From the NCBI GenBank assembly GCA_965216875.1, contig OZ244207.1, forward strand, positions 1,792,001 through 1,856,000: 64,000 bases of DNA, given 5' to 3'. Origin of the DNA: Rubripirellula sp. (GTDB taxonomy: Bacteria; Planctomycetota; Planctomycetia; Pirellulales; Pirellulaceae). Below are positions 1-8,921 of this stretch, piece by piece. The notes under the pieces were generated by a model that worked only from the letters and a program-made list of their open reading frames with translations, was not told the DNA's origin and did not search any database. The position numbers and the translations under genes are program-made. Position 1 is the first letter of the stretch. Every line of letters begins with the position of its first letter.

Positions 1-1658
1 ACTCGAACATCTACATGCCCGAAGTGTTCACGAAACGACTCCAGTTGTTCTCGCTTAAGGAACGCAACGATGCATGCATCCCGCTTACCCAAGTAACCCC
101 CGGCAAAACATGCGTCCGCGATCTCTCTACCTAGACCCTCGTCATTTGCAATGAAGAAGACACCTCGCCGAAGTCTTCGCTCGCGATTTTCGGATCGCAC
201 GGCCTCGACCGCTTCCTCGAACGGGTAATATCCGAGTTGCTTGAGTTCGTCACTCTTCGGTCTCTCGTTGTGTAACCGTTGACCTCGCCAACGAGCGAAC
301 ACTCGGTAGTCGCTGGAGTAAAACAGGTCAATGTGCACCATATTGATATCAGGTGATGAACCATCATCTGAAATGATGAGCGGTCCCTCAGATTTGTCGT
401 CGAACTCAATGGGCGGGATTTCGATTGACCTTCTGTTCGGTACCATGACTCGGGTTGCGTCGCGGTCGACACGCGACGGGTCTTCGCCACGTTCGGTGGC
501 GCGAAAGTCATCAGCGATTTTGCGCCGGGTTGTCAGGACGTAATCCCGAATATTCGCTATCTGTTGGGCGTGAGTGAAGTCGCCTTGATCGACGGCAATC
601 GTTTCCAATCGATTGAGCACGCGGTCAACGCTTCCGGCGGTGATCCCATACAGAAACCGATTTGAATTGACCAAGTGAACTCCAACGCCAGCGAACGCGC
701 GCAGGTACCGCACGTCGGCTTCGGCTGATAGCCGATGAGAACGACTCAACACAAGCGTTCCCAAATCGCGAAGCGACGATTCAGAAATGGTTGCGCCGCC
801 TCCGATCGCATCGATCTGAAAAAACATCTCCTCCACGATCGTACGGAACTGGTTCGGACTTACGGGCTTGCTCGCGAAATCGGCAAGATCAGCGGGCACT
901 GAACTTGGAAACACCAAGCTGAACTCGGTAGGCCACGGTTCATCCGGCGCCGTGCAGAATGGTCGGGCGTTACCATGTTCCAACGCCTCGATGGCGCCGA
1001 TGTCGATTTCGCTTGTGCCGATCGGTTTCGCGTCGCGAGTGAGAATGACTGCCTTCCCGTAAAGCGGCAACGCGTTGCCCGGTTCTTGACTTGCCCACGC
1101 GTCTGCAGCCGTCAGCGCGATGGTCGTGTCAGAGCTTTCCAACAGCGCCGCCCATGCCGCAATCAGGCCAGGGTCATGAGATACCGCTTTGAGTAACGAC
1201 GACTCGAACGCGTTGGTAGCGTCATCAACCGATACTTCTTTCGCACGCTGTTCGATCCGTTTGCCGATCGTCTCTGCGCAGCTTCGCATATTGCGCAGTT
1301 TCCTTCGAACGGACGGATCGGAAATCTCGGATTCGGCAAGCGGGGGATTGGACAGTGTTTTAAGAGTCTCCGTCAATTGACTGAAAACCTGCGCTCGATT
1401 TGACGCGTAGACGCCGAATCTCCCTCGCCAGTAGGCAACTCTCGCCGAATTGGGAAAAGCAGTCTCGGCTTTCCTGAATGCTGTGTGAACATCAGCGGTC
1501 TTGCCCGAACCGAGGTCGACCAACGACCAAATTGCTTCGGCAATCAGTTGATCCTCGGAAATGTCAGCGGATGTCGACTCACTTGCCTCCTGAGCGAGGA
1601 TAGACGTTTGAAGAAGCGAAATCACAAGGATCGCTATGCTTCGCCGAAAAGCGGCCAC
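1..1658 (-). CDS. Large putative secreted protein, partial (open at left edge, >550 aa); lies just downstream of the last attC
   Basis: Hand translation from GTG 1658 (GGAGAA upstream): MAAFRRSIAILVISLLQTSILAQE..., signal-peptide-like; no stop before base 1, so it is absent from the ORF track. Confidence 0.7.
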   Translation of the reverse strand, partial: MAAFRRSIAILVISLLQTSILAQEASESTSADISEDQLIAEAIWSLVDLGSGKTADVHTAFRKAETAFPNSARVAYWRGRFGVYASNRAQVFSQLTETLKTLSNPPLAESEISDPSVRRKLRNMRSCAETIGKRIEQRAKEVSVDDATNAFESSLLKAVSHDPGLIAAWAALLESSDTTIALTAADAWASQEPGNALPLYGKAVILTRDAKPIGTSEIDIGAIEALEHGNARPFCTAPDEPWPTEFSLVFPSSVPADLADFASKPVSPNQFRTIVEEMFFQIDAIGGGATISESSLRDLGTLVLSRSHRLSAEADVRYLRAFAGVGVHLVNSNRFLYGITAGSVDRVLNRLETIAVDQGDFTHAQQIANIRDYVLTTRRKIADDFRATERGEDPSRVDRDATRVMVPNRRSIEIPPIEFDDKSEGPLIISDDGSSPDINMVHIDLFYSSDYRVFARWRGQRLHNERPKSDELKQLGYYPFEEAVEAVRSENRERRLRRGVFFIANDEGLGREIADACFAGGYLGKRDACIVAFLKREQLESFREHFGHVDVR

Positions 1659-1754
1659 TTAAGTTCTCCGTCGAGAGTTGGTATTACCCTTCACTCGGCC
1701 CGATTTAGAGCATCATGGGGCGCCCGCGGCGTCGAAGCTCGCGGAATGTCGATC

Positions 1755-1846
1755 GACGAACGGACGAAATCACGGGAGCGGGCGAACGACTTGCAAGCAG
1801 ACGAGAAAACGAACGACCCGTCCTCCCGTTCATTTCATGGTTCGCC
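1755..1846 (-). other. attC site 38
   Basis: R'' GGCGAAC ... R' GTTCGTC; same family as 6528, 12091, 21638. Confidence 0.85.
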
Positions 1847-1910
1847 GGTCTTCTTACGGTCAGATGAAGTTACCGTGTGAGTATCAGAACAACTTCGGCT
1901 GCATCACAAA

Positions 1911-1982
1911 TCACTGGCTGAGATTGTGCCGAAGCCATACTGAGACGGCCTCGTCAATTGAGTCAAACCATCTCCCCGGCGG
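1911..1982 (-). pseudogene. 3' remnant of a cassette gene (C38) fused to a half attC
   Basis: PPGRWFDSIDEAVSVWLRHNLSQ* with no start codon; abuts the truncated attC at ~1985. Confidence 0.4.
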
Positions 1983-1984
1983 GA

Positions 1985-2018
1985 CAAGCCCGGCTCCGTG
2001 TGAATGCGGTGGTTATCC
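1985..2018 (-). other. Half attC 37 (R''/L'' arm only)
   Basis: caagcccggctccgtgtgaatgcggtggttatcc resembles the R'' arm of the attC at 22218-22307; the R' arm is missing. Confidence 0.7.
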
Positions 2019-2447
2019 GCCGTCTGTTGTTGGCGGCAAAGACTCGATTGCATGTTGAATCCGTGCTCCGTAGCGTCGAACGTATTCGCGATCTGAATCA
2101 ATGGCAATGGATGCAGCAAGCTCAAGTCTGTCAGGCGAGAATCGAATCGCCATCGAAAGCTGGTCAAAGAACTGTTCGTAGAAGTACCCGCCCAGCAAAC
2201 GGTTAACTATTGCAACGACTAGTCGGTCGCAGTCATCGGGTGAGGGAGGGTGGTTCTTGAAATGACGGCAAAGTTTCGCACGAGCGCGGTTGTGCCAGTA
2301 ACCGAAGCTCTCTGCGGTCACAAAGAAAATCGAGCGAGAGATCGCGTCACCATCGCCCCGTTTCACGTCAGCGATCAAACATTCGAGATCGGTCTTGGAG
2401 AGTGACCGAATCCAAATAGAGGCGTACGAGGGTCGTATCGTCGTCAT
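2013..2447 (-). CDS. Cassette C37 hypothetical protein
   Basis: 144 aa ORF between attC sites; stop TAA lies within R''. Confidence 0.75.
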   Translation of the reverse strand: MTTIRPSYASIWIRSLSKTDLECLIADVKRGDGDAISRSIFFVTAESFGYWHNRARAKLCRHFKNHPPSPDDCDRLVVAIVNRLLGGYFYEQFFDQLSMAIRFSPDRLELAASIAIDSDREYVRRYGARIQHAIESLPPTTDGG

Positions 2448-2468
2448 TCGAGCAACAGGGTTTCAGTC

Positions 2469-2557
2469 GGATAACGGTGGCCACAGCCAGGATCGCCCAA
2501 TGTGTTGTCGACTTGGAACCGCGCCATGGCGATTTCCGGTTCATGGTATGGTTATGT
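2469..2557 (-). other. attC site 36
   Basis: ACATAAC ... GTTATCC imperfect palindrome. Confidence 0.8.
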
Positions 2558-2565
2558 GGCCTGTG

Positions 2566-2637
2566 TCAGCACATTTCGTGATTGCCCTTGATGCTACCGC
2601 ATTCATCGCATTTGTACACGTATGGGCCACCACAGCC
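2566..2637 (-). pseudogene. 3' remnant of a CxxC-containing cassette gene (C36)
   Basis: GCGGPYVYKCDECGSIKGNHEMC* with no start; fused to a half attC. Confidence 0.5.
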
Positions 2638-2997
2638 TTAGCGCGACTTCGGTTCAGCGCATTGTTCTGTCGTCTTTGTTTGAACGCTGAATACACCGCC
2701 CGAGTAATTGATGTTTAGGTCTGCGGCTGAATCGTTTGGTGTCCAGCCCGAGAGCAATGCGAATTCGATTGCACTGCGCACAAATGACGGAGTAACAGTA
2801 TTGGGGCCTCGCGTCTCATCAGATCGGTGATCGGGCTCGCACCAGTCAATCCAGCCCCAGTCTACAACTAAGCGTTGACCACGCCGACTTGTATCAGCTT
2901 CCGCGAGTACGTGAAGTTTTCCATCGAATCGCCATCGGAATTTGTCCGGGCCAATGGTGATCGGGGAGAAGCGGCGTTTCTTGGCAGGTCGGGCCAT
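2638..2997 (-). CDS. Cassette C35 hypothetical protein (paralog of C8 and C31)
   Basis: ITIGPDKFRW...VTPSFVRSAIEFALLSGW. Confidence 0.75.
   Translation of the reverse strand: MARPAKKRRFSPITIGPDKFRWRFDGKLHVLAEADTSRRGQRLVVDWGWIDWCEPDHRSDETRGPNTVTPSFVRSAIEFALLSGWTPNDSAADLNINYSGGVFSVQTKTTEQCAEPKSR
2641..2670 (-). other. Half attC 35
   Basis: gcgcgacttcggttcagcgcattgttctgt matches the R'' arm of the attC sites at 12625 and 18186; the other arm is absent. Confidence 0.7.
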
Positions 2998-3100
2998 TTG
3001 CTTCCAACCGTTTGTCTTGACTAGTGATCGCTACGCTGAAGCACAATGGGCTCAGGGCTATCGCTTGTGACGAACGAATGTGTGTTGATCCGCTTAGTTG

Positions 3101-3189
3101 CGATAACGTCGGTCCTCACCGAGGACGGCCAAAGTGGTTTCAATCTGTAACAGCGTCATGCGGTCCTGCGGACTGCGACATTGTTACGC
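3101..3189 (-). other. attC site 34 (degenerate)
   Basis: GCGTAAC ... GTTATCG; weaker pairing; resembles 18736. Confidence 0.65.
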
Positions 3190-3636
3190 GGACTTTCCAA
3201 AGTAGTCGATGCGAAAGTTGAGCCAATCATCAAGGTAATCGAAATCCCCTGCTTCCTTGCATACGCGAATATAGTCGACGGCGTCGGATGCGTCAGGGTC
3301 GTTGTTCTGAGTCAAATACTCAATGGTTGCGTCGACACCTGCACCAACCAGAAACTGAATGTCGAAAGAGCAACCAGTGTCGAAGTCGGTGTGTTTCGCT
3401 CTCCACATTGGTAGGACGTCGCCTAAGTCAGCGAGTTGATAGAGCAGCAAGGCGCACCAAAACAGATTCTCAAAATAGTCATCGTGGGTCGGCGAGGAAT
3501 CATACACACGATAGACACACTCGATCGGAAGCAGTTGGCGTAGAAGTCGACCGTCAGCATCGGTCGGTCGCGGGTGCAATGATGCGTAGATCTCGTCACG
3601 GGTAACAGAATCCGCTAACTCCGCGTCATCGAACAC
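3184..3636 (-). CDS. Cassette C34 hypothetical acidic protein
   Basis: 150 aa ORF; stop lies in R''. Confidence 0.75.
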   Translation of the reverse strand: MFDDAELADSVTRDEIYASLHPRPTDADGRLLRQLLPIECVYRVYDSSPTHDDYFENLFWCALLLYQLADLGDVLPMWRAKHTDFDTGCSFDIQFLVGAGVDATIEYLTQNNDPDASDAVDYIRVCKEAGDFDYLDDWLNFRIDYFGKSA

Positions 3637-3694
3637 AGTGCCCTCGCGTGAACGCCGGACAATTTCCTTGGCATCTATTGCTCTAAGTCCTTAG

Positions 3695-3784
3695 GCGTAA
3701 CGATACCGATCACCGATCACCGACAGTTGAGTTTCCATTGCCAGAACGCGACGCCCGGTCCTTCGACGCATCGGATGGTTCTGC
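3695..3784 (-). other. attC site 33 (degenerate)
   Basis: GCAGAAC ... GTTACGC. Confidence 0.7.
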
Positions 3785-4195
3785 CAAGACGTCGGGCGCG
3801 TCTTTGGCAGCACTCTTTTTCGCCAGTTCGGTCATGTACTCGCACATGTCGATGTACCCTTGGTACAGAGTCGAAGGCATCAGGTCACGAAACTCGTCTT
3901 CTGTCAAGCGATTGTATGCAAACCACTCTAGGAACGATACGTTGATCGCTTTCTGCAGCTCGTTCTTGGAACGGCAATAAAATGAGTCAACGAACTCAAA
4001 GCAGTCTCTGATCTCTGGCAATTTGCGTTCAAGGCAAAGGTCGACCGCGTATCGATACAATGCCTCCATCGAGCAGTAAATGCCTTCGTCTTCGGTCCAC
4101 GGCAACTCGGGGTATCTCTTCACAAGTTCGCATCGAAACTCCGAAATCAACTTCGCGTCAGAAACGTTCGGATTCAATTCTGGAGTATTCAACAA
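3710..4195 (-). CDS. Cassette C33 small helical protein, possibly immunity-like; reads into attC
   Basis: CFEFVDSFY...ELQKAINVSFLE motif; start uncertain. Confidence 0.65.
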   Translation of the reverse strand: MLNTPELNPNVSDAKLISEFRCELVKRYPELPWTEDEGIYCSMEALYRYAVDLCLERKLPEIRDCFEFVDSFYCRSKNELQKAINVSFLEWFAYNRLTEDEFRDLMPSTLYQGYIDMCEYMTELAKKSAAKDAPDVLAEPSDASKDRASRSGNGNSTVGDR

Positions 4196-4228
4196 ACCCT
4201 TCGTTACAAGAATGAGGTGGTGTTAAAG

Positions 4229-4319
4229 CCAGAACGGTACAGATCACGCGGTCGCCGCGAGCGATCCTTCACTTCAACAACCGCGACTCGGCGACTCGTC
4301 TTGCATCCGATGGTTACCC
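4229..4319 (-). other. attC site 32
   Basis: GGGTAAC ... GTTCTGG; same family as 10545 and 13254. Confidence 0.85.
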
Positions 4320-4848
4320 GCCCTTGGAAACCGGCAGCCCGTTGCGAGCGATATCAACGTATTCGTCAGACAAGACAAATGCAACAATCTCATCGCGAGT
4401 CCGTTCGAGCAGGTGGTCATCGTCGGCAACCGCCAGAGCCTCGAGGGCGGCAGAGTCCATTGGCAAGTTTCGCGCGAGTCGACGCAGGTCTTCCAGGTCA
4501 AGTAAGGAAATTGAGGCGTCTTTTAGGAGGGCAATCAAACGTTCTTCCTCGGATGAACGCACTTCGATCAGAGAATCGTTGAAAAATAAACGTCCGGGTG
4601 AAATGTCCGCGTTGAGGGAACTCGCCCGCGATCGCATGCTGATTCAGCCGGATTGAGCAAAGATATCCCTCATTGGTAACTGCACCTAATGTTGACGTTC
4701 CTCCATCAAGCGTGAATTCCCAGGTGACAAGCGTAATGGTGTTGACGTCGTTGAGCTCAACGGATTGCGTTGACCGGTAATACGGTACTTCAGGCGCACA
4801 GCCAATGAAGAGCGGAATGCAGGCGACGGCAGACACGAGAAGCTTCAT
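4314..4848 (-). pseudogene. Cassette C32 frameshifted putative lipoprotein
   Basis: MKLLVSAVACIPLFIGC (lipobox-like) frame overlaps a second frame 4314-4637 that ends in R''; shift near 4600-4640. Confidence 0.55.
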
Positions 4849-4856
4849 CTTTGATC

Positions 4857-4947
4857 GGGTAACGTTACGGATCACGGAGCGGCGGGAGCTCCGTCGCCAT
4901 TTGAAAAAGCTGTCCACCGTTGCTTCGTGTGCATCTGATGGTTATCC
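4857..4947 (-). other. attC site 31
   Basis: GGATAAC ... GTTACCC. Confidence 0.8.
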
Positions 4948-5298
4948 GCCGTTTTGAGTAGCAGTGGTATCAGAACCAAACTTCGTCCAGTATGGCGGAT
5001 CAGTTGCGTGCCGCACAACAAAACGACTCTCCGGTTGAACTCGGTCCGCGAATCCAATCCAAAACGGTGGCCCAGATTCGTCTGGCAGCCATCCAGTTGC
5101 GAGCGCAAATCTTATCGCGTCTGGAACTTCGTCGTCGGTGATGCGCCCGTAGGGATCGACCATCAATTTTGAGCCAGTGCCAGTCGCTAGCTGAATCGTC
5201 ACGACGCCACGTCCATTGTCACCACGAGAGCCCTTGACCCAGTGAAAGTGGACGCCATCGATATGAGCATTTCGGCGATTGCGTTTGGGGAGCGACAT
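4942..5298 (-). CDS. Cassette C31 hypothetical protein (paralog of C8 and C35)
   Basis: MSLPKRNRRNAHIDGVHFHW...ITDDEVPDAIRFALATGW; start set at first ATG after attC. Confidence 0.75.
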   Translation of the reverse strand: MSLPKRNRRNAHIDGVHFHWVKGSRGDNGRGVVTIQLATGTGSKLMVDPYGRITDDEVPDAIRFALATGWLPDESGPPFWIGFADRVQPESRFVVRHATDPPYWTKFGSDTTATQNGG

Positions 5299-5336
5299 AG
5301 TGCTGAGCAAAGTTAGAACGCGATCACCAATCAGTC

Positions 5337-5426
5337 GGGTGCCGTCCGCAATCACCGGGCCGCGACGAGCAATTGTCTATTTGAAAACGGCCGGCTTCGC
5401 AACTCCGGTGCATTGCATCGTTGTGC
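5337..5426 (-). other. attC site 30 with mutated crossover (GTT>GGC)
   Basis: Body is attC-like; R' reads GGCACCC. Confidence 0.7.
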
Positions 5427-5454
5427 GACGATTCTCCGTGACGGGACGCCGGTA

Positions 5455-5838
5455 TCAATTTACGCTTGATTGATCGGACCTGCTGGTATTGCTGCCACAT
5501 TCGTAAGATTGCTCGTTTCCGTCCTCGTCGATCCAAGTAGCGATGCGATCTTCGTAGTCGTAATTGAACTGTCGCTTTTCTGCCAGGTGCCACGAGTAGC
5601 TGTGCAGGAGGTTTCCCACGATCGCGATCGCAAATGGAACGACGAGCAGCCAAAGCATGCTCAAAGCGAAGCGGCCGCGAATGCCCACATAGACGAGGTA
5701 GATGGGAATGCCAAGCAGCAAGATGATCGCGTTCAAGTCGATCAGGTCCGAAATCACATGAAGCGCATATCCGGCTGGCGTGCACCTTTGCTTGCCAATT
5801 CTTTGGGATTCGTTGTCCCACATCGGGTTGATGAACAT
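5455..5838 (-). CDS. Cassette C30 two-TM membrane protein
   Basis: MFINPMWDNESQRIG...; two hydrophobic stretches. Confidence 0.7.
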   Translation of the reverse strand: MFINPMWDNESQRIGKQRCTPAGYALHVISDLIDLNAIILLLGIPIYLVYVGIRGRFALSMLWLLVVPFAIAIVGNLLHSYSWHLAEKRQFNYDYEDRIATWIDEDGNEQSYECGSNTSRSDQSSVN

Positions 5839-5869
5839 GAGACGAGAGGCGTGCCGCAATGGCTTAGTG

Positions 5870-5960
5870 GCGTATCGGCCCGCGTCACCGAGGCCCCTGA
5901 GTTGACATTCCATTTGTGAAGACGAACCAACGGGCCTCCGCGTGCACGCGATGGTTATGC
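5870..5960 (-). other. attC site 29 with mutated crossover (GTT>GAT)
   Basis: GCATAAC ... GATACGC. Confidence 0.7.
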
Positions 5961-6500
5961 CTCATATTGAGCCGCGGCTGTGGTCAATTTCGGAAAACGC
6001 GCCGCCAAATCTTCGTAGTGCCACTTATCTCCGACTGGGGAGTTGGGGTGTTGAAATGTCATTAGCCCAGTATCATCGTCCAGTATCTCTTTTTCATTCA
6101 ATACTTGATCGGCGACATATCCAAACTCTTCAAATTGAGTGCACTCAATGCCAGGAGCGAAAGCAACCTCAGCAAGCGATTCGGCATCAGCTAGTGCGGC
6201 ATCAAATACCGTTCTTCCCATTGAGATGAGCCAATATCGAAAGTCCGTAAAACCGTCGTCGCTGCAACCACCTTCGATGATGTAACCAGCGGCCCATAAA
6301 TCCCAGCGGTAGGCACTGTGATGCAATTCCGAAAACCGGTTGGAGAAAGCACGCAGGTCACAAGGTTCAAGTTGGGAAAGAACCGTCCTGAGACGTGCAA
6401 GTTGCGCGGACATGTTTCCATCGCGAATCGTGTTCGGACGCGAAGGATCGAAGTCGGACCGCGACTCCTCAATGATCGACCAGAAGCGATCGAGTTCCAT
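5955..6500 (-). CDS. Cassette C29 DUF4240 domain protein
   Basis: FWSIIE...YRWDLWAAGYIIEGGCSDDGFTDFRYWLISMG. Confidence 0.85.
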   Translation of the reverse strand: MELDRFWSIIEESRSDFDPSRPNTIRDGNMSAQLARLRTVLSQLEPCDLRAFSNRFSELHHSAYRWDLWAAGYIIEGGCSDDGFTDFRYWLISMGRTVFDAALADAESLAEVAFAPGIECTQFEEFGYVADQVLNEKEILDDDTGLMTFQHPNSPVGDKWHYEDLAARFPKLTTAAAQYEA

Positions 6501-6527
6501 CAACATTGGACGTTCAATTTTTCAGTG

Positions 6528-6620
6528 GCGTAACGGCAGTGATCAGCGGGGACGGGCGTACGACTTGCAAGCAGGCGAGAACATGGACCACCCGTCCTCC
6601 GTTGCATCACATGGTTCTGC
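6528..6620 (-). other. attC site 28
   Basis: GCAGAAC ... GTTACGC; near-identical to 12091. Confidence 0.9.
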
Positions 6621-6633
6621 CCTCGTCTACGAT

Positions 6634-7050
6634 TTAGTTGAGCGCCCAGGCAATTAGCGAACTTATAGCAACGATTAGAGCCCCGATCATTCCGGACGCA
6701 ATCCAATTGCACCACCAGCCTTTAACTGGGGCTCTACCGCTTCCAATCAGTTGGCCATCAGCGAAAAGACTGTAACCGCCGTCACGGACTCCCCGTCGCT
6801 CGAATCGCCCAACGGTTTCAACGTCTTGATGCGTAAACTTGAACTCAAAGTGTTCCCGAACACGCAGCTTCATCGACGTGAAAGTTTCGTTGTTGTCAAT
6901 CGTCACGTAGTAGGCGATAGCAAGCCACATGAAGTTAGGTAACGCCTTTGCTCGCACCACAAACAAGCGGTCGTCCCAAATGTGTTCGCTCGAACCGTGT
7001 GACACTGGAGCAATGCGATGTTCCAGTGGCGAAGGCTGATAAGGGTTCAT
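6634..7050 (-). CDS. Cassette C28 membrane-anchored hypothetical protein
   Basis: Starts MNPYQPSP; C-terminal TM. Confidence 0.7.
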   Translation of the reverse strand: MNPYQPSPLEHRIAPVSHGSSEHIWDDRLFVVRAKALPNFMWLAIAYYVTIDNNETFTSMKLRVREHFEFKFTHQDVETVGRFERRGVRDGGYSLFADGQLIGSGRAPVKGWWCNWIASGMIGALIVAISSLIAWALN

Positions 7051-7070
7051 GCTATCGGCGAACATTGCTG

Positions 7071-7613
7071 TCAATAATGGCAGAACGGCGGACGGACAAA
7101 AGACTCTCCACTTCCACAACCGTGCAAGCCGTCCTCCCGTGCATGTTTTTGTTCTGCTTTCTTCTCAGCGGCCCATTGTTGATGTGATGGAGGGACATCG
7201 TCCGCCCACCGAGGATCATTGCGTTCGTGCAGCGAAGGTGAATCAGATATCGCGTAGGCGTAAGCCGCGACCAATTTATCGTAATCGGCCTTGGTTTCGT
7301 ATCCCGGCTCTAGCTTTGAGTTTAGTACCCGAAGTTCAGCGACGACTTGATCCACGTTGCCGTTCTCCAACTCCGCAATTGTGTTCTCGATCAAGTCCTT
7401 GGATGCGGCACCGTACCAAGCGTTCGCGTTCCAAATTTGAAATGATCCAGCAACACTGCCCGCGATCCAGGCGACACCGAATGACATCGCCAGCGATGCG
7501 ACTCCAAGACCAATCCGAACAATCCTTCGCGGCTGAAACTCGGACGCGAGCCATGCAAGCGAAGTAAAAAAAACAACGATGCCGACAAGTCCAACCATTG
7601 GTGTGAGGATCAT
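7071..7613 (-). CDS. Cassette C27 membrane protein; reads through its attC
   Basis: Two N-terminal TMs; 180 aa. Confidence 0.7.
   Translation of the reverse strand: MILTPMVGLVGIVVFFTSLAWLASEFQPRRIVRIGLGVASLAMSFGVAWIAGSVAGSFQIWNANAWYGAASKDLIENTIAELENGNVDQVVAELRVLNSKLEPGYETKADYDKLVAAYAYAISDSPSLHERNDPRWADDVPPSHQQWAAEKKAEQKHAREDGLHGCGSGESFVRPPFCHY
7080..7157 (-). other. attC site 27, shortened by ~12 bp next to R'
   Basis: GCAGAAC ... GTTCTGC; aligns to 9885-9974 with the L' segment missing. Confidence 0.7.
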
Positions 7614-7640
7614 GTGTAGTTGATCTGGGGATGGTCAGTT

Positions 7641-7730
7641 GCAGAACGGTAGGCATCACCGAGCACGGCCCATGTGGTAACCATTTGCAAACGCCCCATG
7701 CCGTGCTTCGAGTGCATGCCATGGTTATCT
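7641..7730 (-). other. attC site 26
   Basis: AGATAAC ... GTTCTGC. Confidence 0.88.
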
Positions 7731-7735
7731 GGCTA

Positions 7736-8257
7736 CTACGTGTAATTGTACAGTTCAGCATCACCATGAGTGTAGGTGATTCCGTGCCAGGTCATGGAGT
7801 CTTGGTCAGGCCGAATCATCGGCGTTGATTGTCGCGTTCCCAGCAAGATCTGTTCGATACCCTCCGCGAATGTGTTGGCCTGAAAGCCCATCGCATCATG
7901 CACCAAGCTGCGAACAAAAAGTCGTCCGTCACCCGCAATTGATATCGCACCATGTGAATGGTGATACTCTGCAATACATACAAGCGGTGATCCTAGCAGT
8001 TTAGACCAGCTTGAAATCGTGGTGATTGATTCAATTGGACGATGGCGAAGATCTCCAAGTTCTGACAGGCGTCGAAATTCGATATCGCTGGGTACGGTAA
8101 CGCCATCCGAATCTGGCGGCACAACATGAAGCCCTCTAAACTGCTCAAGTATGTAGACCGCAGGATGAAGAGTTCGATCCGAATCGGCGATCTGCCCACG
8201 TTGCCAACCAGCATCATGAAAGAACTGCATTACAGAATCGGTCGGCGTTAGGTTCAT
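7736..8257 (-). CDS. Cassette C26 SUKH-3 family immunity-like protein
   Basis: AGW...ILEQFRGL...LGSPLVCIAE...ISIAGDGRLF. Confidence 0.7.
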   Translation of the reverse strand: MNLTPTDSVMQFFHDAGWQRGQIADSDRTLHPAVYILEQFRGLHVVPPDSDGVTVPSDIEFRRLSELGDLRHRPIESITTISSWSKLLGSPLVCIAEYHHSHGAISIAGDGRLFVRSLVHDAMGFQANTFAEGIEQILLGTRQSTPMIRPDQDSMTWHGITYTHGDAELYNYT

Positions 8258-8279
8258 AGGATAGGAACGAATCAGATCC

Positions 8280-8370
8280 AGATAACGCTACACATCACCG
8301 AGCACGCGGAGTTGATGTGCCATTGTTGAAACGCCCAGACCGCGTGCTTCGGTGCATGTGATGGTTATCT
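8280..8370 (-). other. attC site 25
   Basis: AGATAAC ... GTTATCT. Confidence 0.9.
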
Positions 8371-8379
8371 GACCGTGCG

Positions 8380-8787
8380 CTACATCGGTCCAACGCCAGC
8401 AATTTTCGCTCCCTCTATCACAATATCCCAAATGTGTTCCTGATCCCAAGAAACGCTTGCGCGTAATTTGATGTGGTTTAGGCTCAAATCAACGTGAAGC
8501 ATTGGCAGCAACGACCACTCGATTTCGGGGAGTTCATCGATGCCTGGAAGTTGGTCGATTAACTCGAATTCAGCTTCTGCAGGCATCACCCGTTCGAGTT
8601 CAGTGGCGATCGATTCTTGGTCGTCAGCAAAACGCTCGACTAATGCGTAGTGGCTGTCCTTGACCCCGGACTTGGCGAAATCGCGGAACTCGACTTCAAG
8701 GTCACCGAACGCATTCGTTGCAAGCGGCTTCCCGGCGCGCCAGTGACTCGTGCTATCGTCCCACGTAATTTCCCCAAGGTCCAGCAT
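8380..8787 (-). CDS. Cassette C25 small acidic hypothetical protein
   Basis: 135 aa; C-terminal WDQEH motif. Confidence 0.7.
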   Translation of the reverse strand: MLDLGEITWDDSTSHWRAGKPLATNAFGDLEVEFRDFAKSGVKDSHYALVERFADDQESIATELERVMPAEAEFELIDQLPGIDELPEIEWSLLPMLHVDLSLNHIKLRASVSWDQEHIWDIVIEGAKIAGVGPM

Positions 8788-8801
8788 TACGATGGTCTTT
8801 C

Positions 8802-8891
8802 AGATAACGGCGACAATCACCGAGGACGGACGGTGGACTGTCCACCTGAAAAACCTCGCAAGCCGTCCTTCGGTGCATTGTATTGTTCTGT
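8802..8891 (-). other. attC site 24
   Basis: ACAGAAC ... GTTATCT. Confidence 0.9.
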
Positions 8892-8921
8892 GTCTTTACA
8901 CTCGCGAGAGGTTCAATGAAG

